This document shows positions 15,003-24,700 of a DNA stretch of 28,072 bases, one piece after another (positions within the stretch are counted from its first letter, which is position 1; each line of letters begins with the position of its first letter). The position numbers and the translations under genes are program-made. Origin of the DNA: a virus (taxonomy: Duplodnaviria > Caudoviricetes); IMG/VR virus record IMGVR_UViG_3300042323_000377, positions 1-28,072 of that record. One strand, 5' to 3'. The notes beneath the pieces were generated by a model. It did no database searches, was not told where the DNA came from, and was given only the letters and a program-made list of their open reading frames with translations.

Positions 15003-15399
15003 CAAAGACAACAGGTTTGACATTGACCTCCAATACGGGCAAGAGGGTGAACGCTGGCTTATGTGGCTAGGCGTAGACCAAGCAAGGGTAGAGGTCAAGA
15101 CAGAGCGTGACAAGTGGTTCACCACAGGCAACGCCATCTTTGAATTCCGTTCACGGGGTAAGCCTTCTGGATTTGCTGTGACTCAAGCCGACTACTGGAT
15201 GCACAATTTCTTTCTCAAGGGAAGATGTAAACACTCTATTACATTTGACATCGAAGACCTCAGAGACTTTCTTCGACTTGTGTACCGCAATCCTTATAAC
15301 TACGGAGCAAGAATTTGCACAGGAGGAGACGACCATACCTCTGACTTAATCGTAGTTCCAATGTCTCAACTATATAAAGCCTCTCTTCCCTATGTCTAA
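14995..15399 (+). CDS. PD-(D/E)XK-like phage nuclease-fold protein (134 aa)
   Basis: FDIDLQYGQEGE, VEVKTE, TGN...E...GKPSG...TQADYW. Confidence 0.65.
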   Translation: MFNKDNRFDIDLQYGQEGERWLMWLGVDQARVEVKTERDKWFTTGNAIFEFRSRGKPSGFAVTQADYWMHNFFLKGRCKHSITFDIEDLRDFLRLVYRNPYNYGARICTGGDDHTSDLIVVPMSQLYKASLPYV

Positions 15400-16129
15400 A
15401 CTAATTAAGTTCGTAGCCGTGGGAGATAACCACGGAGACCACATCGATGAGGATGTTGCCAAGCAGTTTTATAAATTCCTAAAATGGTTCGACCCAGACG
15501 AGGTCATCCACTTAGGCGATAACTTTGATTTTCGTTCTATCCGCAGGGGTGCGGGACGCAAGGAAGAAGATGAATCTCTGGTCGCTGATGTCAAGGCTGG
15601 CAAAGAATTCATCACCCGTGTCCAGCCTACTATTTTCTTAAACGGAAACCACGATGACCGCCTCGACCAGATTATCAATGGCTCGACCAGCGGGATGATG
15701 GTAGACTACTGCCACGACCTCAAGAACGACATCCGCAATCACCTCAAGAAGAACGGATGTAAGAAGATTTACGATTACCACGCAGAGGAAGGCGTACACA
15801 GGCTTGGCAAGATTGCCTTCGTACACGGATATTCCTGCGGTGTCCGTGCCGTGGAGGAACACGCTATCCATTACGCAGAGCCTCAAGGTGCTGTAATTAT
15901 GGGACACCTTCACAGCATTCAGCAAATCAATGCCAGAAAGCACCAAGGTGCTGTCGGCTTCTCTGGTGGTTGCCTATGCCACAAGTCCCCAGACTACGCA
16001 AAAAACAGATTAGGAACTTCTAAGTGGGGGTCGGGTTGGACTTACGGATTCACTCAAGGGTCGGACTGGAAGGTCTGGCAAGCCCACAGGGTCGGTAAAG
16101 AATTTATCTATTCTGTAAAAGGACTATGA
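15392..16129 (+). CDS. Calcineurin-like metallophosphoesterase
   Basis: GDNHG, LGDNFD, GNHD, HG, GHLH motifs. Confidence 0.9.
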   Translation: MSKLIKFVAVGDNHGDHIDEDVAKQFYKFLKWFDPDEVIHLGDNFDFRSIRRGAGRKEEDESLVADVKAGKEFITRVQPTIFLNGNHDDRLDQIINGSTSGMMVDYCHDLKNDIRNHLKKNGCKKIYDYHAEEGVHRLGKIAFVHGYSCGVRAVEEHAIHYAEPQGAVIMGHLHSIQQINARKHQGAVGFSGGCLCHKSPDYAKNRLGTSKWGSGWTYGFTQGSDWKVWQAHRVGKEFIYSVKGL

Positions 16130-16386
16130 ACAACAAAGACCTACGGGCAATGGAGAAACTCTTTGGCAAGGTTGTCCAAGAAAAGCCAGAGAAAGGATTC
16201 TATACACGAAGGGAAATTCAGAAACTCTGGAATCTTTCTGAACCTATCATTACCAAGAAACTAAGCGTTGCCCTAAAGAACAATCTTCTTGAAGTCCGTA
16301 TGTATAGGGTTACTTCTGGAATGGTAACTCGTCCAATCCCCCACTACCGAATTAAAAATGAGCAAAACAGACAACGAAAAACTTGA
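16126..16386 (+). CDS. Small winged-HTH-like protein
   Basis: FYTRREIQKLWNLS...L...VRMYRV...RPIPHYR. Confidence 0.6.
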   Translation: MNNKDLRAMEKLFGKVVQEKPEKGFYTRREIQKLWNLSEPIITKKLSVALKNNLLEVRMYRVTSGMVTRPIPHYRIKNEQNRQRKT

Positions 16387-16642
16387 AGAATTCCTTGCTG
16401 AATTAGACGATGAGATTGTCATCGCTGATGGGCTTGCTCACGCCTTTGTAGGGCTGACCAATACTCCTAATGGGGTTGTGGCGGTCTATTCCACAGAGCG
16501 TATCATCTCTAACCTAATGGAGAATGATGCTATGGACTTTGAGACGGCTGAAGAGTATATGTACCACAACATCATTGGTGCGGATGTTGGTCAGCGGACT
16601 CCTGTTTTTGTGGATGTGATTCCAGAGGAGTTCTGGAAGTAA
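16358..16642 (+). CDS. Acidic phage hypothetical protein (94 aa)
   Basis: ADGL..AFVG, VAVYS, AEEY..HNIIGA.VG..TPVF pattern recalled from phage hypotheticals. Confidence 0.8.
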   Translation: MSKTDNEKLEEFLAELDDEIVIADGLAHAFVGLTNTPNGVVAVYSTERIISNLMENDAMDFETAEEYMYHNIIGADVGQRTPVFVDVIPEEFWK

Positions 16643-17291
16643 GTTTCTTGATAAGCACGGCAAGCAGGGATATGCAAACTATCCCGACTGAGCCTCCTGC
16701 TATCCAAGTGAACCATTGGCTGTCGAATATCCAGAGGGAAGCCATAGCCAGAGAACCACCACCCATAACAATAGCCCCAGACTTCTTGAACGGAGTGAAC
16801 GCAACCACAAGAAGCCCAGTCACGAACAGCCCTAACCCAGCCGTACTGAACTGCCATAGCACCTTCTGCTTGAACTCAGCGTCAGCCCTAGAGTGAGCCT
16901 CAGCGAGTTCATAATCCTTTTGTTCTACCATTGCGTACAGGGCTGTGGTCTCATCCTCTACCTTGGATGCCTCTTTCTTATCCTTCTCTACCGCCTTGAA
17001 GTCGTTTTGTTTTATAATCCTAGTGTACTCCTCTACCTTAGCAACTGAGGGCTTGGCAACCCCAGAGAGGCGTGTCACTTGGGCTTCGACAAGTCCTCGT
17101 ACATTGCCTTTATCGAGGCTAGGAACGACAGCAGTAAGGGCAGAAGCGGAATCAGAGACGATATCTTCGACCCTAGTGATGTACTTGTCCTTCTCTTGGT
17201 TCTTCGTTTCAACGGGGGCAGGGGGTAAGGGGGTAGGCTTAGGGGCGGTAGAGCAACCAACAAGGAGCAGGGCTAGTAAAATGAATCTCAT
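16572..17291 (-). CDS. Lipoprotein with coiled coil and C-terminal TM helices (spanin-like)
   Basis: Lipobox LLVG-C13, Pro-rich linker, coiled coil, about 3 hydrophobic segments. Confidence 0.7.
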   Translation of the reverse strand: MRFILLALLLVGCSTAPKPTPLPPAPVETKNQEKDKYITRVEDIVSDSASALTAVVPSLDKGNVRGLVEAQVTRLSGVAKPSVAKVEEYTRIIKQNDFKAVEKDKKEASKVEDETTALYAMVEQKDYELAEAHSRADAEFKQKVLWQFSTAGLGLFVTGLLVVAFTPFKKSGAIVMGGGSLAMASLWIFDSQWFTWIAGGSVGIVCISLLAVLIKKLTSRTPLESHPQKQESADQHPHQ

Positions 17292-18400
17292 CTACGCATT
17301 TCCATCATAGAACCTGTGCTTGTTTCCCTATTTAAAAACTCTGGGACATAGCCTCCTATAAATGCTTTTGCAGGCTCAGTATTTCCAGCAAGCAAATTAT
17401 AAACAGTAGCACTAATAGGACTACGAATCTGATATTCTGGGTCAGCAACTTGGGCTTTCATTTCTCCCCACGCTTGTTGAACAGAGTTTCCTTTATTGGA
17501 ACTAGAGTCTTCATATAGACCAGTTATCTTTCCCATAAAATCCCAAGCAGGGCGTGTTCCATAGATGTCTGAAGCCCCGTGATTTCTATCATAATAATTT
17601 TCTCTCGTAGCCCCGTAACCCATCATGCCCATACTTGCCAGACCTCCTACTGCACCAAGGGCTGGGGCTGTGGCAGGAGGAAGTTTAATATTATATAATC
17701 CAGAAAGAAGACTTGCAGGAGTTCTTGCATTTACAACTTGAGGACTTTGTGCCATTGCACGAACAGCGGTAGCGGTAGGAGGACTGACGGCTGTTTCTGT
17801 AGTCGCTACCTGTCCTTGTTGAATAAACTGAGGAGTGTAAGGTGTTTTAGCAACGGGAACAGGAGGGGCAGGAGGTGTTGGAAGCGGCTTATCCGAAGCA
17901 AAGGTACGCAACCTATTCATTGCTACTTTATATGCTTCTGGGTCTGTAGGTTTTCTGTCTGGAGTTAAATCAGTAAACTTTTGTCCCGAATTAATAAAGT
18001 CTTTTGTTATGTTGCTTCCCTTGTTATTGACCATAGGCAACGCTTCAACGAACTCATCAGCGTTAGCGTTTCCAAAGACTTCATCAAGAGCCATCCCAAC
18101 TCGTTCTAACTGTTTATTTCCATAGAATAAATCATCTGCTTTCTGAACACCTTTATTAATCCATCCGTCTTTTGAGCCGATGCCAGCCGCAGGATACCAT
18201 CTGTTAGGAGGAACATGAGATTTTCCTCCTGCACCAGAACTAAAATAAAAAGGCATCTTTTCTCCATTAACATTGGCAACAACCATAGGTCTGTCGGCAT
18301 CGCCCGTGAGATTAATTATGTACGAAGTTTTGTCTTTACCGACAGGGATTGCGTCTAGGTCGAATCCGAATTCACGAAGTCTAGCAAGTTGTTCTTCCAT
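17288..18400 (-). CDS. Hypothetical protein (370 aa), globular N-domain, Pro/Thr/Ala linker, C-domain
   Basis: Long ORF coupled to both neighbours; PFYFSSGAGGK...WYP motif. Confidence 0.8.
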   Translation of the reverse strand: MEEQLARLREFGFDLDAIPVGKDKTSYIINLTGDADRPMVVANVNGEKMPFYFSSGAGGKSHVPPNRWYPAAGIGSKDGWINKGVQKADDLFYGNKQLERVGMALDEVFGNANADEFVEALPMVNNKGSNITKDFINSGQKFTDLTPDRKPTDPEAYKVAMNRLRTFASDKPLPTPPAPPVPVAKTPYTPQFIQQGQVATTETAVSPPTATAVRAMAQSPQVVNARTPASLLSGLYNIKLPPATAPALGAVGGLASMGMMGYGATRENYYDRNHGASDIYGTRPAWDFMGKITGLYEDSSSNKGNSVQQAWGEMKAQVADPEYQIRSPISATVYNLLAGNTEPAKAFIGGYVPEFLNRETSTGSMMEMRR

Positions 18401-18401
18401 A

Positions 18402-18707
18402 TTATTTAGTCTGTTTAATAAATTTACGCTTCAGCCACTCAAAAATATCTGGGGCTAACGCACCAGCAGAGGAGTAGATGATGCCCTTGTACATAGCGTC
18501 CAGAGGGGCGTGGTTGATGGCGAAGTAAATCAGAGTACCAACGATAGCACCCGCCAGAGCCTTGCGTACCCAGATGATGGCTTGCCACTTCTCCTCAGTT
18601 ATGATGAGCCTAGCGACAGCACCTAACGCTCCTAGGACAGCAACTATCCAGCCACCCTTCTTGAAGTCTTCGGCTGTTTCTAGAATGCTAGGGTCTACAG
18701 GACTCAT
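18402..18707 (-). CDS. Holin-like membrane protein (101 aa)
   Basis: About 3 TM segments, basic C-terminus, near the spanin-like gene. Confidence 0.6.
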   Translation of the reverse strand: MSPVDPSILETAEDFKKGGWIVAVLGALGAVARLIITEEKWQAIIWVRKALAGAIVGTLIYFAINHAPLDAMYKGIIYSSAGALAPDIFEWLKRKFIKQTK

Positions 18708-21700
18708 TGCTTAGGCTCGTCCCTTTGGACTCTCCGCTTGGCTTGCTCTAGGTCGTTGTAGATGCCGACCATAGCCTTGTAGGGGTTGTAGACCTTGAAC
18801 TTATCGCCCTGCACCATGATGACATAGCCGACAGCGTTCTTGACCACAGAGCCAAGCGAGGTGCGTTCAGATTGCCAGTCACGCCAGCCTTCAGCGGGCT
18901 GATAATGTCTATCAGAGAATATCTTGCTCCAAGAGTGAACCCAAGGCTCATAGCCTTCCATTGTCTCATAAGAGCCATCCTGTTTCTGAATATCGATTAA
19001 AGGCTTTTTGAGTTTGTCGAAGTTTTCCTTTGTGGGCGGGAAATACTGACCCCTATCTGCATCAATTAACTTAGACTCTCCAAAGCCAAAGGTATTGACT
19101 TGAGCGTACATAGGAAGTGCTAAGTCGTTTTCAATTCTCTGAAGGAAGTCTTCAGCCCCTAAGAACCTCGCCCGTTCAGCCATTTCAGAGTAAAGAAGAT
19201 TAGAGTATCCCTTGCCCCTGTACTGTTCCCATACACGAACCGCAGGGTCAGAAAGCAACCACTTACCTCCGCTACCCTTCTTAACTTCGTAATCTATTCT
19301 GCCGATAAGTTTGTTTCCTTCCTTTAACTCAATAGAGCGTCTTCCATAATCATCGGTTCTCTTATCCCAGTTCTTCATGCTGAGTTTCAAACCTTTCGTA
19401 AGGATAGGGTTCTCCTCAGCATATCTGCCAATGAAGCCATTAGTCCATTGACGGCTATCTGTATCATAGGTTCTGTTGCCTTCACCCATCTCGTACTGAT
19501 TTGTGCTGACCTTTTTTGTGCTGATGGTCTTCTTCTTACCAGAGAGTCTGATGGGTTCGCCCTGCTCGCCTTCCGCTGGCATGAAAGATGTTCTGTCTTT
19601 ACCAGCCTCGTTGTTCTTGAACGCCTTGTTGACTTCACGCTTAAGAGCAAGAACAGCCCTTTCTGGATTTTCTAAATTCACATCATGTAAAGGATGGTTT
19701 ATTGCCTTTCCGTTTACTCTTATGTCTACGCCTAGCGTATGCTTTTCTTTGTTTTTAACGCTATTTTTAAGGATATCTAAGATAGCCTCATACTGTTTGT
19801 TTGTAGGAACAGAACCTATGTCTAAATAAGTGCGTCCGTCATCTGTGCCATAATCATTGTGGTCTATGCGGATAGCACCAGCCTCTTGCATTTTGCCAAT
19901 CTTGTCTTCTTCCCAGCCATACTCTTCCTTCATTTTTCTCTTAACCTCTGGAAGCATTACGGCTTCTCTATGGTCTAAGCCTCTTGAATTCTTGAAGTCA
20001 TCAAACTTTGTGGTGGGAATGTATTTGTCGTTTACTCTCTTGAACCCAGAACTTTGTGAGCGTCCAGAGAAGTCGAGCATTCTTGCGTCTGGCAATATAT
20101 AGCCAGCCTCATACGGACTGTTTGTAAGTCCAAACTTCTTAATGTTAAGTTCAAACAGTTTTCTAGATGCTTCTGGAAGAGCATCCCAAGTAGACTTCAT
20201 TCCCAGTTCCCTTGTCTTTTCCCAAGACTCAGAAGGCATATACCAAGCCTTTTCCTTCAAGTAAGAAGTGACATCTGTCTGCGTATCGCCATACCTATCC
20301 CTTCTTGTTCTTCCAATAAGAGTGTCATCTGGCTCTCCAATCCTAGTGTTTTCTTGGTCAATGATTCTTTTGCGAATCTTCTGAGGTCTTCCAGATTCAT
20401 CGACAATCATTCCGCTGAATTCTTTTACGCCAAGGGAGCGAAGACGCTCAACCATTTCAGAGTAAAGAAGATTCCCGTATCCTTCGCCTTCCCATCTAGG
20501 ATTTACTTTTACATATTCAACAGACGCATCAGTTCCATTGACTTCAACATTTATATATCCTACCTTAACTTCATTTGCAACTTCATCCTTTGGTTTAATA
20601 GTAAGCCTATATGTCTCTTCTCCAAATCTTCCTTTTTCAGTATCCTTGGTGAATATAATCTTTTTATATTTTATTGCTTTAGGATTTTCAGAAGCATAGC
20701 GACCAATAAATTTACCAGACATCTGCTCTGGCGTGTAAGTACGACCACCCTCAGCATCGCCCTCCGCTGGCATGAAGTTGGGACGATTTTCTCTGCCCGT
20801 ATCTTCTTCTGAAACTCTGAATTGATTAAGTCTTCCTTCTTCCTTGATTGGTGTCTGAACCCAAGCGTATTTAATGCCAAGGTCTTCATAGGCTTGAAGC
20901 CTGTGTCTTCCATTGGAAACACGAACTTGATTAACAGCACCTTGTCCTTCAATAAAAGTCTTTTCTGGGAATACCGACACGACTGGGGCTTCAGCCATCT
21001 CTCGGTTATTTTTTCTTTCCCAAGGTCTTTCTTGAATCCACTTAGTAGCATTAGCAAGGCTATTAGGCTTTTGATTCTTTACATCTCTTACTGTATTAGA
21101 AGGATTAGTTCTTTGGAATTCGTCATTAAACTTCTTAACATCAATAAGGACAAACTTATTTCCACTCCAAGGCTTTTGATGAGCCTCTAATGGAATTTCC
21201 GCTGGCTGATATGCAGTATCTCTATGCTCTCTTTCTCCTTCTGTATTGTAGCGTCTTCCATCCTTGTCAGAAATCTTACGCATCTGACCAGTCGCTCGCA
21301 TGAACGCATTGTATAAACCTTTTCTTGCGTCTCTAATGTCTTTCAGTTTTGCAAGGTATGTATATTGGTCGATGTTTTGTGCCTCTTGAACGGCTTGCTT
21401 TAATGTGATTTCTTTGTTCTGAAATCTGTCAACAATAGCACCACCCTTGCTTCCAAGTTTTAAGATAGCCTCAACAACATCATCGTTGCTTGCTTTTGTG
21501 AAATTCTCTATGTTGTTAAAGACATAATCTAATTCTGGAGTCATCATCTCTTGATGAGACTTGCCCGTCTTTAATCCGTATAGATATTCAGTTAACAGTT
21601 TATAAGCCTTGTTGCTGTTTGGTTCAAAATCAAAACCGCCTTTTTCACCCTCCGAAGGCATCATGTGCGTCTGTATCTTGCCGTCTAGGAAGTCTTGCTT

Positions 21701-24700
21701 GATGCGGTCATTGAGGACAAAGGTCATGCCTCTGTCGATAGCCTCAGCGGAAATACCAGAGTCTGTAGTAGACATTGAGCCGATTTCGCCACGGATACCA
21801 TTCTCACGAAGTTTATTAATTCTGTTGTAAGCATCCTTTTCGGCAGACTTTATCATTGCAACTTCACCGATAAGCGTTCTCAGTTTGTTATCGTTAAGAT
21901 TTTTAGCCTCATTTTGGATTTTTACACCAACGAATTCGTCAGACTCATGCACGGGCATTGCCATTAACTCAGCAAGTTTGTTGATGGTCGCAGGGTCTTC
22001 ACTACCCTTGACCTGTTCAAAGTGTTCAAGTACTGCCTTATTAGCATCGTGCAACTTGTTGGTAATCTCAGCCATCTGACCCTTGGCGGTATCAATGGTA
22101 GCGTCAGCCAACTTGTTAGTCTGCTTCATCTCAATCCCGTACTTGCGAAGCCAAGCACCCCAGATTTCTGGGATTAACTTGCCGTAGAGTCCCTGTCTGG
22201 CATCGCCTTTCATGTGCGAGACAGTAGGGCTGTCATCGGGGTGCGTTAGCGTAATCCTATCTAAGCCGTCACGGATAGCCTGTCTGATGATTCCCTTGAG
22301 TCCTGTGAGCGTCCAGTCCTTAGCGGCAGTAAGCGGCAAAGGAGTAGGCTCTTTTTGACTTAAACTTAATTCATGCAATTGAATCAACGACTCATTGTCT
22401 TGAATAGATTCAAGCATAATGTCTGGATTGTCTAAAGTATAATTAGTTATGTGTCCTTCATCTATAAGACTTTGAATTCCTTCTGTTCGGTAAAATTTCT
22501 GCCGTTCGACTTCAAACTTTTTTATTGTATTAAATTGATTTAACAATTCATCGCTAAGTCGTAACTTTTTCCAAACTTTAAAATGTTTGTCAAAAACTGA
22601 TTCTGTTTCTGCTTCAAGTCTATTTAAGAAATCGCTAAAACTTGTTGCTGTACCTATCATGGTAAACACATGGTCTAACCCTTCCTGTAAAACTTTCCTC
22701 GCATCTTGTCTTGACATAGCGGCATCATAACCTTGAGACGGGAATATTTCTTTTAACAATAATGTTATTTCAGAATTTAATTTTTCGCTATTCCATAACC
22801 CTGCTTTTATGTACGCAGTTTTTTGAGTCTCAAAACCTTCTCCATTGCTGTTTTGTACATAAATTCCTTCTTCTCTTGCTTTGTTATAAAGTGTTTTTTG
22901 AGTTCTTACATTTCTTCTAACTATAAATTCTCTATCTGGAGTAAGTCTTCCAGATACTTTTCTTTTATCCGTATTATTAGCCTGTACTTCTTCGATGAAC
23001 AGGTGTCTGTTGCCGTCAGCGTCAATACGCTCCGTGGTTCGGAAGTGAACAATAGTATCTTCTCCGTAGTGACCACGGATGCCGTGAGCGTACTCTGGAT
23101 TGATTCTAATTGCCGTCTGCTTGTAGTTATCCTTAGCACCGCCAAGGGTGAACCTAGAGGTGTCCATTCCACTTCTTTCCTTAGCACCCTCTTCAATAGT
23201 TACCTTGATTTCCTTGGACTTAGCGAAGTCTAGGATTTCGGTCATGTCTAACTTAGGCTGAGTAACGCCCTGTGCCATGTCAATCCGTGTGCCATCTTCA
23301 AGGAATCTAGGCGTAGTGGTCTTCTGAATCTTGGACTTCAACAAGTCAACAAGACCAATCTCCGTGGCTTCTTGGAACATTCTGCTACCCTGCGAGCCGT
23401 ACACGACTAACTTCTTGAGAAGACCTTGGGCTGTGAGGTTAGGGTAGTCTTGGAAAATTTGGGCAAGTCTGGGGTGCAGGGCAGACTTGATTTCCATCGG
23501 ATACATTGCGTCATATTCGTGATGTGATAAATTTGTTAACTTATCTAACAAATAAGAAACTTTTAAATCTTTTGCATAATGAGGTATTCCTATGTCAATA
23601 TCACCTAAAGAAGAAACATCTGGTTTAATTTTAACTTGTTCTAAAATAGAACTTACATTTTCATTGCGTAATGCCTTTATTAAACCTTCTTTTTTAACTA
23701 CTTCTAAAGCATCTTTAGATGGTCTTGAGTAATAATTGCTCGCAGACTCTGCTTGATTCTCTTTTGAGTTTATATCGTTTATTTGTTTTTCTAATGCTTC
23801 TATTACACTTTGTTCAATTTTATTATCATCTAAAATCTTTTGAACACGCTTATCTTTGTATCCAACTCTTGACGGAGGAATTTCAGTCGGAGGCACAGCG
23901 GTGTCTTTACCCTCAACGCTCTTGTCGAAGGATTCATTGAAGTGTTTTTGAGCCGCACGACCAGCGTCAGCGATTGTATCGAATTGACCAAGCGACTTGC
24001 CCTCTGGGTCGAACACCTTGAACTTTTCGCCAGCCTGTTTGCTGATGTTATAGCCCGTAGCGTGACGGATTATCTTGCCACCAGAGGGAGTAGTCTCCTG
24101 CCTCATCTCATCTGGCATGAAGTTGCGGGTGAGGTCTAGGTGGGCGTTGTTGTGGTTGTAGTCCACACGCTCCCTGCCAGCGGTACGCATAGCCACGATG
24201 CCGTCATTGCTGAAGGTCGTAACGCTGTGTCGGATGCCGACAGGAATCTCAGCGATGGGCTTGTTGATGTACGGGAGGTCAGAACCCTTGTGGAATCCAA
24301 GCATCTGGTGCAGGGCATCTCTACGCTGACCGCCTAAGCCGTCACCCCTGTCAAGAAGACGGAAGGAGGGCTTGCGGTTAGGGTCTCCAGACGGAAGGGA
24401 GGCGTTGCTGAGGTAGGCGTAGAAGTCAGCCTCCATGCTTGTTCTGTCTCCGTTCCAGAGGTCACGGACTTGAGGGTCACGCCAGACCTCGTTGCCTCTA
24501 GCCTCGATGACTCTGAGGTCAAGGGTGTCAAAGTTAGCGAAGGTCGTACCATCGGCTTTGACCTTGAAGTTCACATCAAGAAGTACAGCCCGTCTGTTCT
24601 TGAACGGCACAGCCGCACCATAGACACGCTCGTTGCCGTCACCAATGTGGGCAGAGTAACCAAGGTAGCCGAACTCGACCACATTAGAACCCTTGCCTTC

